Source: Alloascoidea hylecoeti (taxonomy: Eukaryota). From it: a stretch of DNA of 64,000 nt. Position numbers and translations under genes: made by a program. A model generated the notes under the pieces. It worked only from the letters and a program-made list of their open reading frames with translations, was not told the DNA's origin and searched no databases. Where the stretch lies: positions 1-64,000 of the forward strand of contig BCKZ01000010.1 in the NCBI GenBank assembly GCA_001600815.1. The letters run 5' to 3'. This document shows, in pieces, positions 25,151-36,475 of this stretch (within the stretch, counting starts at the first letter, position 1; the number at the start of each line of letters is the position of its first letter).

Positions 25151-26632
25151 ATGACGATTTCAAATTCTAGATCCATCACAGTATATTTCGGCCCGATTGT
25201 TCATTCCATCAACTTAACCTCTCTACAGAAATTGCCATGTGCGATTCTTGGTGTCAACAATGACTCTGGAATCATAGAATTTATGGAAGAAGATGTTTCT
25301 ATCAATTCTGATCCCATCGATTTTGGTTTAAAAAACGGTTATAAAAAAGAAAATATCAATGTTTTTTCTTTTATTGATGACAACAACTCAAAAGATAATA
25401 TAATTAATACTTCAAATGATTCAAAAGATATTGAATATAAATCCTACAGAAATGGGAAATTTTTATTTCCTGGATTTATCGATACACATATTCACGCTTC
25501 ACAATATCCAAATAATGGTATATTTGGTAAATCAACTTTATTAGACTGGTTAGAAACCTATACATTCCCATTAGAATCATCAATTTCTTTACCAAAAAAT
25601 AAATTAAAATGTGAAAATATTTATAGAAAAGTAATTGAAAGAACTTTACAAAATGGTACAACAATGGCAAGTTATTTTACAACAATTAATTCAGAATCAA
25701 CTAAAATCTTTGCTGATTTAATTAAAAAATTAGGTCAAAAGGCATTAATTGGTAATGTTTGTATGAATCAAAATTCTCCATCTTATTACATACAAAAAAA
25801 TGATGAAGAATCAATTAATGAAACTCAAAATTTAATTGATTATTGTTCAAAAATTGATCCATCAAAAGATTTAATAACTCCAATTATAACTCCAAGATTT
25901 GCTCCATCATGTACTGAATCATTATTAAAAAAATTAGGTAATATTTCAAAAAAAACAAATTTACCAATTCAAACTCATGTTTCCGAAAATAGAGATGAAA
26001 TAGCATGGGTTAAAAATTTATTTCCAAATTATGATTCATATACTGATATTTATTATAAAAATAATTTATTAAATGATAAAACTATTTTAGCTCATGCAAT
26101 TTATTTATCAGAAGATGAAAAAAATTTAATTCAAAAACAAAAATCTTCAATATCACATTGTCCAATTTCAAATTCTTCAATAACAAGTGGTGAAGCAAGA
26201 ATTAGATGGTTATTAGATAATGATATTAATGTTAGTTTAGGTTCTGATTGTTCTGGTGGGTTTGAAGTTAGTTTATTAGTTGTTGCAAGACATGCTTTAT
26301 TAGTATCAAGACATGTTTCAATGAAATCAAATAATGATAAAGATAAATTATCAATTGAAGAAGTTTTATATTTAGCTACTTTAGGTGGTGCAAAAGCATG
26401 TAATGTTGTTGATAAAGTTGGTAATTTCAAAGTTGGTAAGAAATTTGATGCTCAATTAATTGATGTTTTATCACCTGGTTCAAAAATTGATTTATTTGAT
26501 TTTCAAATAAATGATAAAAATATTGATGATGACATTTATTTTGATACAATTGTTGCAAAATGGTTATTTAATGGTGATGATAGAAATACCAGAAAAGTTT
26601 GGGTTAATGGTATTCAAGTTGTTGATAAATAA
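25151..26632 (+). CDS. GUD1: Guanine deaminase
   Basis: PGFIDTHIHASQY, LLDWLETYTFPLE, ITPRFAPSC, QTHVSEN, HCPISN and LGSDCSGG. Confidence 0.95.
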   Translation: MTISNSRSITVYFGPIVHSINLTSLQKLPCAILGVNNDSGIIEFMEEDVSINSDPIDFGLKNGYKKENINVFSFIDDNNSKDNIINTSNDSKDIEYKSYRNGKFLFPGFIDTHIHASQYPNNGIFGKSTLLDWLETYTFPLESSISLPKNKLKCENIYRKVIERTLQNGTTMASYFTTINSESTKIFADLIKKLGQKALIGNVCMNQNSPSYYIQKNDEESINETQNLIDYCSKIDPSKDLITPIITPRFAPSCTESLLKKLGNISKKTNLPIQTHVSENRDEIAWVKNLFPNYDSYTDIYYKNNLLNDKTILAHAIYLSEDEKNLIQKQKSSISHCPISNSSITSGEARIRWLLDNDINVSLGSDCSGGFEVSLLVVARHALLVSRHVSMKSNNDKDKLSIEEVLYLATLGGAKACNVVDKVGNFKVGKKFDAQLIDVLSPGSKIDLFDFQINDKNIDDDIYFDTIVAKWLFNGDDRNTRKVWVNGIQVVDK

Positions 26633-26678
26633 ATAAAAATAAAAAAAATTGTATAAATCTATAGCTAGATAATAAAAC

Positions 26679-27326
26679 TTAATAATAACAAACCGAATAT
26701 ATAGCAGGTAAATTTAAATGATTCTTTTGCCATTCTGTAATTATATCCATTACCTTATCTTCAACACTTAAAACACCATCAGTACCATTATCATTGTTAG
26801 TGATTTTTAAAAAATTTTCATATTCATCTTCTAACATTTTTGCTAATCTTAAAATTGCTTTACCACCAACTTTAGCTTCCTCATGATTATCCTTAATATC
26901 AACATTTATAACATGAACTATTTTACTCAAATTTTCTCCCCTTGTTAACAAATTATCAACAACTGCATCAAAACACCGTTCCTCACACGTAAATATAAAA
27001 TCAAATATAGGTTTTGATTCATCCCATCTTTCGGGGAATTCTTTAATATTTCTATTCCTATCCAGCATATTCAACACACCATTTATAGAATAAAGCCTTG
27101 CGTCCTGGGCTTCTAAGTCTCTATGCATCTTATCATAAGGTGTTCCAAATGTATAAATGTTTGGTTTGTCATAAGCTGGGCCTGGTAAACGAACAGCTGA
27201 ACCAGTACCAAATGATTCAACGTTAAATCCAGCCTCTTGAAGCACCTTATGTGCTTCCATTGATCGATTGTTATTTGATGCGCATACTGTACAAAATCGA
27301 AGACCAGTTTTGACTTCCGATGACAT
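26679..27326 (-). CDS. SSU72: RNA polymerase II CTD phosphatase Ssu72
   Basis: CTVCASNNNRSMEAH (CX5R), GTGSAVRLPGP and TCEERCFD. Confidence 0.97.
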   Translation of the reverse strand: MSSEVKTGLRFCTVCASNNNRSMEAHKVLQEAGFNVESFGTGSAVRLPGPAYDKPNIYTFGTPYDKMHRDLEAQDARLYSINGVLNMLDRNRNIKEFPERWDESKPIFDFIFTCEERCFDAVVDNLLTRGENLSKIVHVINVDIKDNHEEAKVGGKAILRLAKMLEDEYENFLKITNNDNGTDGVLSVEDKVMDIITEWQKNHLNLPAIYSVCYY

Positions 27327-27678
27327 TTTTTGGGTTCTTGATATTTCAGGTGGAGAGGTCTACTACTACTGGTGTTTATGTGCACGTGATGAGAGAAGAG
27401 GTTTAAACCTCAATAAATATCTAAATATTACGTAACATTGGATCCTCGGAATACTAACTTATTATTCACTAAGAGGATTTTGATTATTAGTATTGCTTTT
27501 TTACTTATCTTTTTCTTAACGGAACCCATTTTGAGTCATATTTATTTTTATTATATATATATATATATATATACTGGATCATAAAGCCAAACATTACCCG
27601 GATTCTCTCTCGGAAACTATTAGCAAATTGAAAACTTCTAATCATTAAATTCATCTATATTTATTTATAAATAAAAGA

Positions 27679-29406
27679 ATGAAAACATGCTACTATGAAC
27701 TATTGGGTGTCGAATCCAATGCAACTGACACAGAAATCAAAAAGGCATATAGGAGGCAGGCAATAATACATCATCCTGATAAGAATCCAAATACAATTGA
27801 TGAATCAACCGAAAATTTTAATTTAATAAGGAGTGCTTATGAAGTATTATCTGATCCTCAAGAACGGGCTTGGTATGATTCACATAAAAATCAAATTTTA
27901 CAAGATGATAGTGGTAATGGTTATAATGGTTATGATGATGATGGATATGCTCCTATTAATGTAGGAACATCTGTTCAAGACTTATTAAAATTCTTTGATC
28001 CAAGTTTATATTCAATTTATGATTCAAGTCCTGCTGGGTATTATGGAATTATAAATAAAATATTTGATCAATTAATGAAAGAAGAAATTGAAGCTGGTAA
28101 ACAAGAAGGTTTAAAAGGTTTTGATTTTTATGAAACAAGTAAAGAATATATCCATGATTGTGATTTCTATTTATATAAATTCGGTAATGAAAACTCTGAA
28201 TGGAATGAAGTTGTTAGGAAATTTTATTCAACTTGGGGTGATTTTCAATCTGTTAAGAATTTTAATTGGTTTGATGAATATCGATATTCAGAAGCACCTG
28301 ATAGAAGAGTAAGAAGAGCTATGGAAAAAGAAAATAAAAAATTAAGAGATGATGCAAGGAAAGAATATAATGAAACTGTTAGATCATTTGTATATTTTAT
28401 TAAAAAACGGGATCCAAGGGTTAAAGCAAATGCAAATCATGAGAAAGAATTAAGAAAGAAAAAACTTAAAGAACAAAAGGAAATGTCAAAGATGCAATCA
28501 GCTAAAGATCGCATGAAACATGCTGAAAAGGTAAAGAAATATGAATTACAGGATTGGCAAAAAATTGATGATGATGATTTAGAAGAATTTTATAATAATA
28601 ATGGTGTTAAACTTGATAGTGATGATGATGATAATAATGAAAAGATTGACATAACTCAGAATATTAGTGATGATGAAGAAATAATCGAGCAAGAAATTTT
28701 TGAATGTGTTATTTGTGATAAAGTATTTAAGAGTGAAAAACAATTATCTGCCCATGAAAAAAGTAAGAAGCATCTAACACAGTTAAACGCTTTAAAAAGA
28801 CAAATGAAGAAGGAAGGAATTCACTTAGGTCTAGATGAAGATTTAACTTACGCAGATGAAGAGACATTTTATGATGCTGAAGAAGAAGTTGATAAAACTG
28901 AAGAAACAACAATACCCGATATCAAATCTAACAATATACCACAAGATCACGATGAAATAGATCACAGCCTTAATAGCGATGATTTCTCATTAACTGAAAC
29001 CATTGATATCCTTGTTGAAGATGATTATGCTCCTTCATCAAACAAATCCAAAAAGAAGAAGAAAAAGAAGAAGCAACAACAACAAAAACAGTTTGAAAAC
29101 ATTTTCAATGATGATCCTTTAGAAGATAAACCACTCGATGATCTTCTTGCGTCATTAGATAAAAAGTTGAAAATTCAAAAAGATGAATCAATCACAGAAG
29201 AAGACAATGTGGAACAAAGTCCTGAACCAACAGCATCGACAAAAAAATCTAAAAAGAAAAAAAATAAAGAAAGTGTTAATGAATTAAAATGTTCTGTTTG
29301 TCAGGAAATATTCCCAAGCAGGAATAAATTATTTCAACATGTCAATTCAACTGGACATGCAGCTCCACCTCCTAAATCAAAGAAATCAAAATCTAAAAAG
29401 AAATAG
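27679..29406 (+). CDS. JJJ1: J-domain co-chaperone Jjj1 (DNAJC21) with two C2H2 zinc fingers
   Basis: [11 protein letters not shown]...HHPDKNP...[41 protein letters not shown] and [17 protein letters not shown]. Confidence 0.95.
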   Translation: MKTCYYELLGVESNATDTEIKKAYRRQAIIHHPDKNPNTIDESTENFNLIRSAYEVLSDPQERAWYDSHKNQILQDDSGNGYNGYDDDGYAPINVGTSVQDLLKFFDPSLYSIYDSSPAGYYGIINKIFDQLMKEEIEAGKQEGLKGFDFYETSKEYIHDCDFYLYKFGNENSEWNEVVRKFYSTWGDFQSVKNFNWFDEYRYSEAPDRRVRRAMEKENKKLRDDARKEYNETVRSFVYFIKKRDPRVKANANHEKELRKKKLKEQKEMSKMQSAKDRMKHAEKVKKYELQDWQKIDDDDLEEFYNNNGVKLDSDDDDNNEKIDITQNISDDEEIIEQEIFECVICDKVFKSEKQLSAHEKSKKHLTQLNALKRQMKKEGIHLGLDEDLTYADEETFYDAEEEVDKTEETTIPDIKSNNIPQDHDEIDHSLNSDDFSLTETIDILVEDDYAPSSNKSKKKKKKKKQQQQKQFENIFNDDPLEDKPLDDLLASLDKKLKIQKDESITEEDNVEQSPEPTASTKKSKKKKNKESVNELKCSVCQEIFPSRNKLFQHVNSTGHAAPPPKSKKSKSKKK

Positions 29407-29788
29407 AATACATATCTTACAACATTATATGTTATCGTTATAGGCATTCTTCATCTGCATTTGAATTGTATAGAATTAGAATTATGAAAAGACAATTAAA
29501 GGAATATTTTGGACCTCAATTGCAATCCATGGTAATTATATTTTTTTATGAACGCAAACTACATTAAGGAATGATTATATTTACTCAGGCTTAATGCTAT
29601 GTTATATATTTTTATAACTTTTTCATGTAGCTATAATAATAATATTAATCTATCTGTATCTCAGTAGATATATGTATAGTTGTACGTAACCAAAAAGTGT
29701 TACTATGTTATATGTATAGGCCTATTATATTCACAGTAGTGAATTATTCCTCTATGGTATCACATTATAAAACAATTGTAAAATTCTA

Positions 29789-32608
29789 TTAATTTACACG
29801 AATTCCCAATCTAGTCTTCTTGACTTTGGCAACAATAGGCAATGCAATTCCTTGATTACCACTAATACCAAGACCAAGTCCTGGATTCCAACCAAGTTTT
29901 TCCAACATCCTTCTACCAATATTATTTTGTGCAATTTCAGGAGCGTCTTTTCCAACAATATCTCCTTCTTGGAGATTCATTTTTGAAATTGTAGACATTA
30001 TATTTCTTTCTGTCTGTTTTCCTCTTGATTTTTCAACCGCAATTATTTTAGGTTTTTGATTTTCTAATTGTCTAATATATTCATAATCTGGTTCAGCGGA
30101 ATTAGATGTCTTCTTTGTTGTAAATACAACTAAAGTTGTATTCGGACCATTATTAATTTTTCTTGTTTCAAGATTATAAGCATCTGCAAAAGCTTTAACA
30201 ATTTTTCTTCCAATTGGAATTAAAGGTGGGAACTTAATACATTTATTGGATTGGTTATAAAATAAGTGAGAAATTTCATTTTTAATATGAGTCCTATGCA
30301 TATTGTGAGGATATGCTTCAGATAAATCATTATTCTCAGCACGTAATTCTTTCTTTCTAAGTTGTTTCAAGTTCCTTTTCTCTGTCTTTCTTTTTTGTCT
30401 TTTATCCCATTTACTTTCCATGGTTTGTCGTAATGATTCATCATCTATATCAAGATTTGGGAACGCTTTATTTTTACCTTTGCCATTAACGGTTTGAGGT
30501 AAACAAGTATCAAGATAATCATTTATACTATTGTCCAATTCCCGAAGAGCAAATGCTTGTCGAGCCTGTGTTAACATTTCAATATCTAGTCCTTCGTCAT
30601 CATCATCATCGTCATCATTATCGCTTGAATCATCATCGTCAGCATTTAAATCATCTTCAAATTCAGAGTCAGAGAAAACTAGATCATCATCATAATAATC
30701 AGGTTCATCTTCTTTCCCGATAAATTGATCATGAACAAATTGAATATAGGCTGATATTCGATTCTTCTTCATACCTCTATTACATAAAATTTGTTTCATT
30801 TCATCTAAATTAATCCATTGTGGTTCACCAATATTATCGTTATTATCAAGATTATTTTCAAGCAATAATATTAAAAATTCAGTATTACCAAATCCATCTC
30901 TTCTCAATCTTTCAATTTCAAATCCATTAAAATCAACTTTGTAATCTTCTTCTAATTTAGTAAACGGTACATTTATTTCAATATCTTCGTCTTTATCACC
31001 TAATTCAAATAATGATAATTTTTTCATTGATGATAATTCTTCAGAACCAAATTGTTGTTTTGATTTCTCACTCATATTATTACTATTAATACTGTTTTCC
31101 CCTGCTTCTGGTAATTCACTACCTGTAAGTGAGCCAATATAATCCTTATATAACTCATCAGCTTCTGCCTGCTGTCCTTCATCGTCGTTTGTAGATAAGT
31201 CAATATATTGTTTCTTGGTCTTTTTAAATTTTTGTTTTGATTTAGATTGGGATTTGGATGATGTAGCTAATGAAATAAATGAATCTCGTTGATTCCTAGA
31301 ATTATACTTTGGATTTGTATTGATTATAGCACCACCAATCTTAAAAGTCGGATCATATTCGGTACAGCTGGTGAAATGATTACTAGAATATCTGGTATTT
31401 TCAATCAGTGTTCCTGGTTCATCTGAGGTGTTTTTGATTGTTGTTCGTTTTATTTCAGAATGGGAACCAATTTGATATTCTGTAGTTGATGAAGATTTTA
31501 GGGATTTGGATATACTTTCATCACCAGCTCTATCGAAAAAAAAATCTTCATCATTAAAGCTGGTCGAACTAATATCAATTTCAGGTTTTGAATGAAGTTC
31601 ATATTCTAGTTTTATATTTTCTTGTTCGATTAAATCCCTATTGATTGTGGTTGTAAGGTCATCAAGGACCGGAGTTTTAACTTCAACCTGAATTTCAGCT
31701 TCGATCGACTTCATTTCCAATTCCAGTTCTAGCTCTTCTTTTAATAGTTTAGTTTCCAACGCATTGGACTCTGCTGAAGTTGCCTGATTGGGATTTGTAT
31801 TTAAATTATTAAAATTTATTTCCACTTCCTTAATTTCAGAATTTTGAGTGGTTTCCTCATTCTCCGTGTCGTGATTAGAGAAATTTTCTAATATTTCTTC
31901 AATGGGGAGGGATGTGACAGGTTTTGAACTTTCGAAAAAGAGTTCTTTATTCTCTCTTGGTGTTATACAGATATTATCTTCTTCACCTTTTAAAAGATTT
32001 AACAATTCTTTACTACGTTGATTCATTGTAGCTTCGTTTTCCATTAAAATGTCTTCATCTGTATTTTGTAGGGGGTTTATTATAGGTTCTTGTGAAGGGT
32101 CTTTAGGTAGTCTGTTATTTTCAGCTAATAGGTTTTTTACCATAGCAGATGGGTCATAGACTTCAGATGATTTTATAAAATCAATTGGTTTATTTCTTAA
32201 AGTTTTATCGAAGGCACTTCGAGATGAAGTTTCCCTTGCTTCGTCAAACATTGATTTTTTCTTCCTCATTTTATCATTATTTGGTAACTTCTTTTCATTA
32301 TTATTAGTTACAGTACCGTTAGATGTATGAACATTTTGTTTCTTCAAGCTAGAATTCCCCTTCTTTTTATTCTCTTTATTTTTATGTCTAGGAGGTAAAA
32401 AAACAGTATCATCCATATCTAAGTCTAATAGTTCCTTTGAAGAAAAATTGAAAAGTTCATCATAACCATGATTAACAGTTGAGGCACCATATCCTGAACC
32501 AGCTCTACCTCCACCTCGTCCTCTTCCTTGGCCCTGGCCACGTCCTCTGTATCCTCCCCGTGCACCACCTCTATTTTTCCTGGTTCCATTTCTTTTGGGT
32601 TTAGTCAT
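29789..32608 (-). CDS. SQS1: G-patch/R3H protein Sqs1 (Pfa1), Prp43 cofactor
   Basis: RG-rich N-terminus, LRNKPIDFIKSSEVYDP, R3H-like FPPL segment and C-terminal G-patch VGKDAPEIAQNNIGRRMLEKLGWNPGLGLG. ATG taken at 32608. Confidence 0.88.
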   Translation of the reverse strand: MTKPKRNGTRKNRGGARGGYRGRGQGQGRGRGGGRAGSGYGASTVNHGYDELFNFSSKELLDLDMDDTVFLPPRHKNKENKKKGNSSLKKQNVHTSNGTVTNNNEKKLPNNDKMRKKKSMFDEARETSSRSAFDKTLRNKPIDFIKSSEVYDPSAMVKNLLAENNRLPKDPSQEPIINPLQNTDEDILMENEATMNQRSKELLNLLKGEEDNICITPRENKELFFESSKPVTSLPIEEILENFSNHDTENEETTQNSEIKEVEINFNNLNTNPNQATSAESNALETKLLKEELELELEMKSIEAEIQVEVKTPVLDDLTTTINRDLIEQENIKLEYELHSKPEIDISSTSFNDEDFFFDRAGDESISKSLKSSSTTEYQIGSHSEIKRTTIKNTSDEPGTLIENTRYSSNHFTSCTEYDPTFKIGGAIINTNPKYNSRNQRDSFISLATSSKSQSKSKQKFKKTKKQYIDLSTNDDEGQQAEADELYKDYIGSLTGSELPEAGENSINSNNMSEKSKQQFGSEELSSMKKLSLFELGDKDEDIEINVPFTKLEEDYKVDFNGFEIERLRRDGFGNTEFLILLLENNLDNNDNIGEPQWINLDEMKQILCNRGMKKNRISAYIQFVHDQFIGKEDEPDYYDDDLVFSDSEFEDDLNADDDDSSDNDDDDDDDEGLDIEMLTQARQAFALRELDNSINDYLDTCLPQTVNGKGKNKAFPNLDIDDESLRQTMESKWDKRQKRKTEKRNLKQLRKKELRAENNDLSEAYPHNMHRTHIKNEISHLFYNQSNKCIKFPPLIPIGRKIVKAFADAYNLETRKINNGPNTTLVVFTTKKTSNSAEPDYEYIRQLENQKPKIIAVEKSRGKQTERNIMSTISKMNLQEGDIVGKDAPEIAQNNIGRRMLEKLGWNPGLGLGISGNQGIALPIVAKVKKTRLGIRVN

Positions 32609-32814
32609 TTCTAATCTTTTAATTTCTATCAATTCTTGTTTTACTGTAAAGAACAAAAATTATGAGTAACGAATTTTACGTAATCATATAATTATCAACA
32701 CGTGATGCGATTTGAGTAACACCCAATCACCCATTGTCCTTATCCAAAACAAAAAAGACTGGTATTCATCTTTCTTTTTAAATTTCTCTTTCTTATCACT
32801 GATCGGAAAAGATA

Positions 32815-34917
32815 ATGTCTTCTTCCAAGGGATTTCATAGAATGATTCAATTCTTCTGGGATCCGGAGCCGAAAAATACAGATCATATCAGCCCGTTAGT
32901 ATGTTTAGGGAAACAGTATTCTCCCTTGCCTGATAGTGTGGAGGGGCAACAATATGATACAAATGTTAAAGGTAACGACAATACAGATAGTAGTAATCAC
33001 AGCAATAAAAGTGCTGATAATGATGATGCTAGTACAAAGATATTAGAAGCTGAACAAAACATGGAAGAATGGCCTGGGATATTTCTATCAGACGTTGAAA
33101 CTAGGCTTTTATTCACATATAGGACTGATTTTACTTTAATACCAGCTGTTAAAGATGGACCAAGTCCAATATCTGTTAAATCATTATTTAGGGGACAAAA
33201 AATTGATTTTAGTAAACAAGGTTTTACATCGGATGTTGGATGGGGGTGTATGATAAGGACCGGACAATCATTGTTAGGAAACACATTAATAACTTTAAAA
33301 TTGGGTAGGGATTGGAGGTTTAATAACGATAATAACACTAATTTATTAATTTCAGACAATAATAAAGAAATGGAAAAAACAAGAATAAAAAAACACAAAG
33401 AAATTGTGAATTGGTTTATAGATGATCCATCATCTCCATTTTCAATACATAATTTTATACATGAAGGTGAGGTCTGTGCCGGTAAAAAGCCAGGTGAATG
33501 GTTTGGTCCATCAGCTGCCGCAAGAAGTATTGAATCATTAGCCAATAAATTTTCAAATTGTGGTTTAAAGGTCTATCTTGGTGGTGATAGTGGGGATATT
33601 TATGAAAACAAATTAAAACAATTAGCAATCACTTATAAGGATGGTCATAGTGAATGGAAACCAATTTTAATTTTATTAGGTGTTAGACTGGGCATGGAAA
33701 AAGTGAATCCATTATACTGGGATTCATTAAGACAAGTTTTATCATTATCTCAATCAGTCGGAATTGCTGGTGGAAGACCTTCTTCTTCACATTATTTTTA
33801 TGGTTATCAGGGTGATTATTTATTCTATTTAGATCCTCATCATCCAAAACCAGCTCTTTTAAAAACGACAATTAATAATAATGGTAATATTAATAATAAC
33901 ATTACACAAGATGGAATCGATGATCTGGATATTGAATCTGTGCATTCAACAAGAATACGCAAACTGCATATGAATGAAATGGATCCAAGTATGTTAATTG
34001 GATTTTTAATCGAAAGTAAAGCAAGTTGGAAAGAATGGAAGACTGAAATGACAAGGAAATCAAAAGGTCCTAAAATAATTCATATATATGATAAGCAACC
34101 AACGATAATACGAAGACCATCAACAAGTATAGAAAATAGCAATTTAGATATCGGTGATAATGATGACGATTATGTTGATGTTGGTTTAGAATCCTCAGAA
34201 GATGATGATGATGAATATGAAAATGATGGCAGTAATGTTGTTCAAAGCCTAAAAAGCGATATTGATTATGCGGAGGATTGTTCAGAGGAAGGAAATTTTA
34301 ATCGTGATCCTTTAGCGGATGTTAATACATTTGGAAGTTTCTCAAGATTAGGCTCAGAATCAGGATCCGAATATAATTCCCATTCCCATTCCCATTCCAA
34401 TTCCAATTCCAATTCGCAATCTCAACCTCAATCGCTTGATACTTTAAATAAACCTTCCGCAATTTCCGATGGATCAAGTGATATTGTTGCAATCTCTAAT
34501 TATACACAGGATTCACAGCAAGATCAATATTGTACTGAAAGTTCAGATGAAGGAATTAAAATTCATATTATTGACAAAAACAATAACGTTCTCAACAACA
34601 ATCGTGATAATGATAATGATATTCAAAGTAGAAGTTTTGAGAGTAGTATTAATATCATTGAAACCCCTATTTTAAAACAGAGTTTTGAAAAACATGAACA
34701 TGATAATGATCAACATTATGATTCATTTAAAAATGATAATAGTAAATTTGAAAAATCTTTAAATTTAAATTTTGATAATAGTACAGTTGACTTTTGTTCT
34801 TCTTCTTACAATAATAGGTTATCAAAACCTTCAGATGATATGATAGTTATTGAATCAAGTGAAGTATTAAGACCCTCACGTCGTGTAAGTGAAGAATGGG
34901 AAACTAAATTAATGTGA
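32815..34917 (+). CDS. ATG4: Autophagy cysteine protease Atg4 with long acidic C-terminal extension
   Basis: FTSDVGWGCMIRTGQSLL (catalytic Cys), GEWFGPS, GIAGGRPSSSHYF and YLDPH. Confidence 0.95.
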   Translation: MSSSKGFHRMIQFFWDPEPKNTDHISPLVCLGKQYSPLPDSVEGQQYDTNVKGNDNTDSSNHSNKSADNDDASTKILEAEQNMEEWPGIFLSDVETRLLFTYRTDFTLIPAVKDGPSPISVKSLFRGQKIDFSKQGFTSDVGWGCMIRTGQSLLGNTLITLKLGRDWRFNNDNNTNLLISDNNKEMEKTRIKKHKEIVNWFIDDPSSPFSIHNFIHEGEVCAGKKPGEWFGPSAAARSIESLANKFSNCGLKVYLGGDSGDIYENKLKQLAITYKDGHSEWKPILILLGVRLGMEKVNPLYWDSLRQVLSLSQSVGIAGGRPSSSHYFYGYQGDYLFYLDPHHPKPALLKTTINNNGNINNNITQDGIDDLDIESVHSTRIRKLHMNEMDPSMLIGFLIESKASWKEWKTEMTRKSKGPKIIHIYDKQPTIIRRPSTSIENSNLDIGDNDDDYVDVGLESSEDDDDEYENDGSNVVQSLKSDIDYAEDCSEEGNFNRDPLADVNTFGSFSRLGSESGSEYNSHSHSHSNSNSNSQSQPQSLDTLNKPSAISDGSSDIVAISNYTQDSQQDQYCTESSDEGIKIHIIDKNNNVLNNNRDNDNDIQSRSFESSINIIETPILKQSFEKHEHDNDQHYDSFKNDNSKFEKSLNLNFDNSTVDFCSSSYNNRLSKPSDDMIVIESSEVLRPSRRVSEEWETKLM

Positions 34918-35549
34918 AAAGGAAGAAATGCAAAATTAATCTCATGTGATATATTCAAAAGGAGCAAGAGCGGAAATGAAATGAACGTATAACTGGTATA
35001 TTTTTATAGAGCCTAAGTAAAATGTTGTAATTTAAGCATGTTAAGATTTGAAATTGTAATTAATGATTATATATTGTAAGACTAGTAAGCCATCATTAAT
35101 ATCTTTCAAATTCACATATTTGCTCCAGAACAATATAAAAAGCGAGGTTTTCACTTGCGAAAACTCAATACTTTTTATAAAATTGAAGTTCTGTGCTAAA
35201 TCTGATAACCGTGGACATGAACAGTTCACTAGTATAAAAAATTCAGTAAAAAAATCTCTACGTAATGATGACCCAGTAAAGATACAGAGAGTTCAAGTGA
35301 GTTCTCGAAATTTTCTGGGTGCCGTTCGTTTTATTAAAATTGGATATAAGAAAGATTTAAATGAGAAGATTTTATTTGCTCAATTTTTTGAAAGTAGAAA
35401 TTGGAGAAAAATGTGTGTATTTTATCTTATATCAGCAACAGTAACAGACATTTAAAGTATTATATTATTTCATCCAAGGTACACATTATAAAATAAGTCA
35501 GAGCTGAATACACTTTGAATTTGTATATTGGAGGAAGTATTCAATGGTA

Positions 35550-35686
35550 TCTACCCTGAATTCGCCATTTTATAGAGAGGATTTTGCCCGAACCAAGTGA
35601 CTACACTGCTGCAGATAGGAGTTTAAAAACTACCCGTATTACCGAGTGGCTAAATCCTCTCTACAAAATGGCGAATTCAGGGTGGA
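35550..35686. mobile_element. Small MITE-like element with 39-bp terminal inverted repeats
   Basis: tctaccctgaattcgccattttatagagaggattttgcc (35550-35588) matches the reverse complement of ggctaaatcctctctacaaaatggcgaattcagggtgga (35648-35686) with 3 mismatches. Confidence 0.7.
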
Positions 35687-36400
35687 AAAACTGTAAATGT
35701 TTTAAATCAGAATTGCAACTAGATTACCGTGGTTCTGTTAAAATGATTTTTCAACAGAATGTGTATTCCAATGATTAAATACTATTTAAACAGAAGATAC
35801 GGCTATATAACTACATTTCGATAAACTACTTGCACTGTGGCAACATATAGTAAATTTATGAACATTTGCAGATTAAAAAACTATCTACATTTACCATTTA
35901 TATTTACAATCACTTCATGATCACAAATTCCAATCAATATGTCAGATAAAGTCGATATTGATACTTTTGAACTGAATAACCTCCCCTCTCAAATCCCAAT
36001 TTTCTCTTGATTACAAGAAATAGCACAACATGCTGCTTGCAATGGAATTTAGCGATCATTCTCAAATTTTTATTTGCCGACTCTTTTTTAGAAATTTAGT
36101 ATTGATTTGTCCAGAAATTATTAGAGCCACGTCTTGATAATAGTTGATGTTAGTTAGATACTGGAAGGCCCGCTGTTTAAATGTTAACTTCAATGGAGAA
36201 CTTGAGGATTGCTCTTCCTCCACAATATATTGAAATTCAGTAATCATTCAAAATGAATCTAAATTAAATATGAAAGGGCTGCAATTAATATAAAAAAAAT
36301 TCAAAATTAATATTATTTTAAATTTGAATGTTTTATTTTCTGAGTTGGGAAAGTTCATATTTGTTAAAGTATCGAACACAATTTTAAAAAGACTATTCTA

Positions 36401-36475
36401 GATAGCCATTAGTATAGCCGTAACATCGTAAGTCGTGTAACTGTTGAAAGACGGGGTTCGATCCTGACGACTAAC
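36401..36475 (+). pseudogene. tRNA-like relic (isotype not assignable)
   Basis: 75 nt long; gatagcc/gactaac acceptor-like pairing with 2 mismatches, A-box-like TAGTATAGCCG, B-box GGTTCGATCC. The anticodon stem does not pair well. Confidence 0.4.

Noticed and set aside
32997..33545. 182-aa antisense ORF and similar short shadow ORFs inside real genes
   Set aside because: They overlap conserved genes on the other strand or frame and have no motifs.
33688..33966. Possible alternative yeast genetic code (CUG=Ser/Ala)
   Set aside because: In-frame CTG codons at 33688 (GVRLG) and 33964 (RKLH) fall on conserved Leu positions of Atg4, favouring the standard code. Two sites are only weak evidence.
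35041..36250. Short ORFs between ATG4 and GAPDH
   Set aside because: They may be further gene relics, but I cannot recognise any family.
36401..36475. Functional tRNA gene
   Set aside because: The acceptor, anticodon and T stems are all imperfect; kept only as a low-confidence relic.
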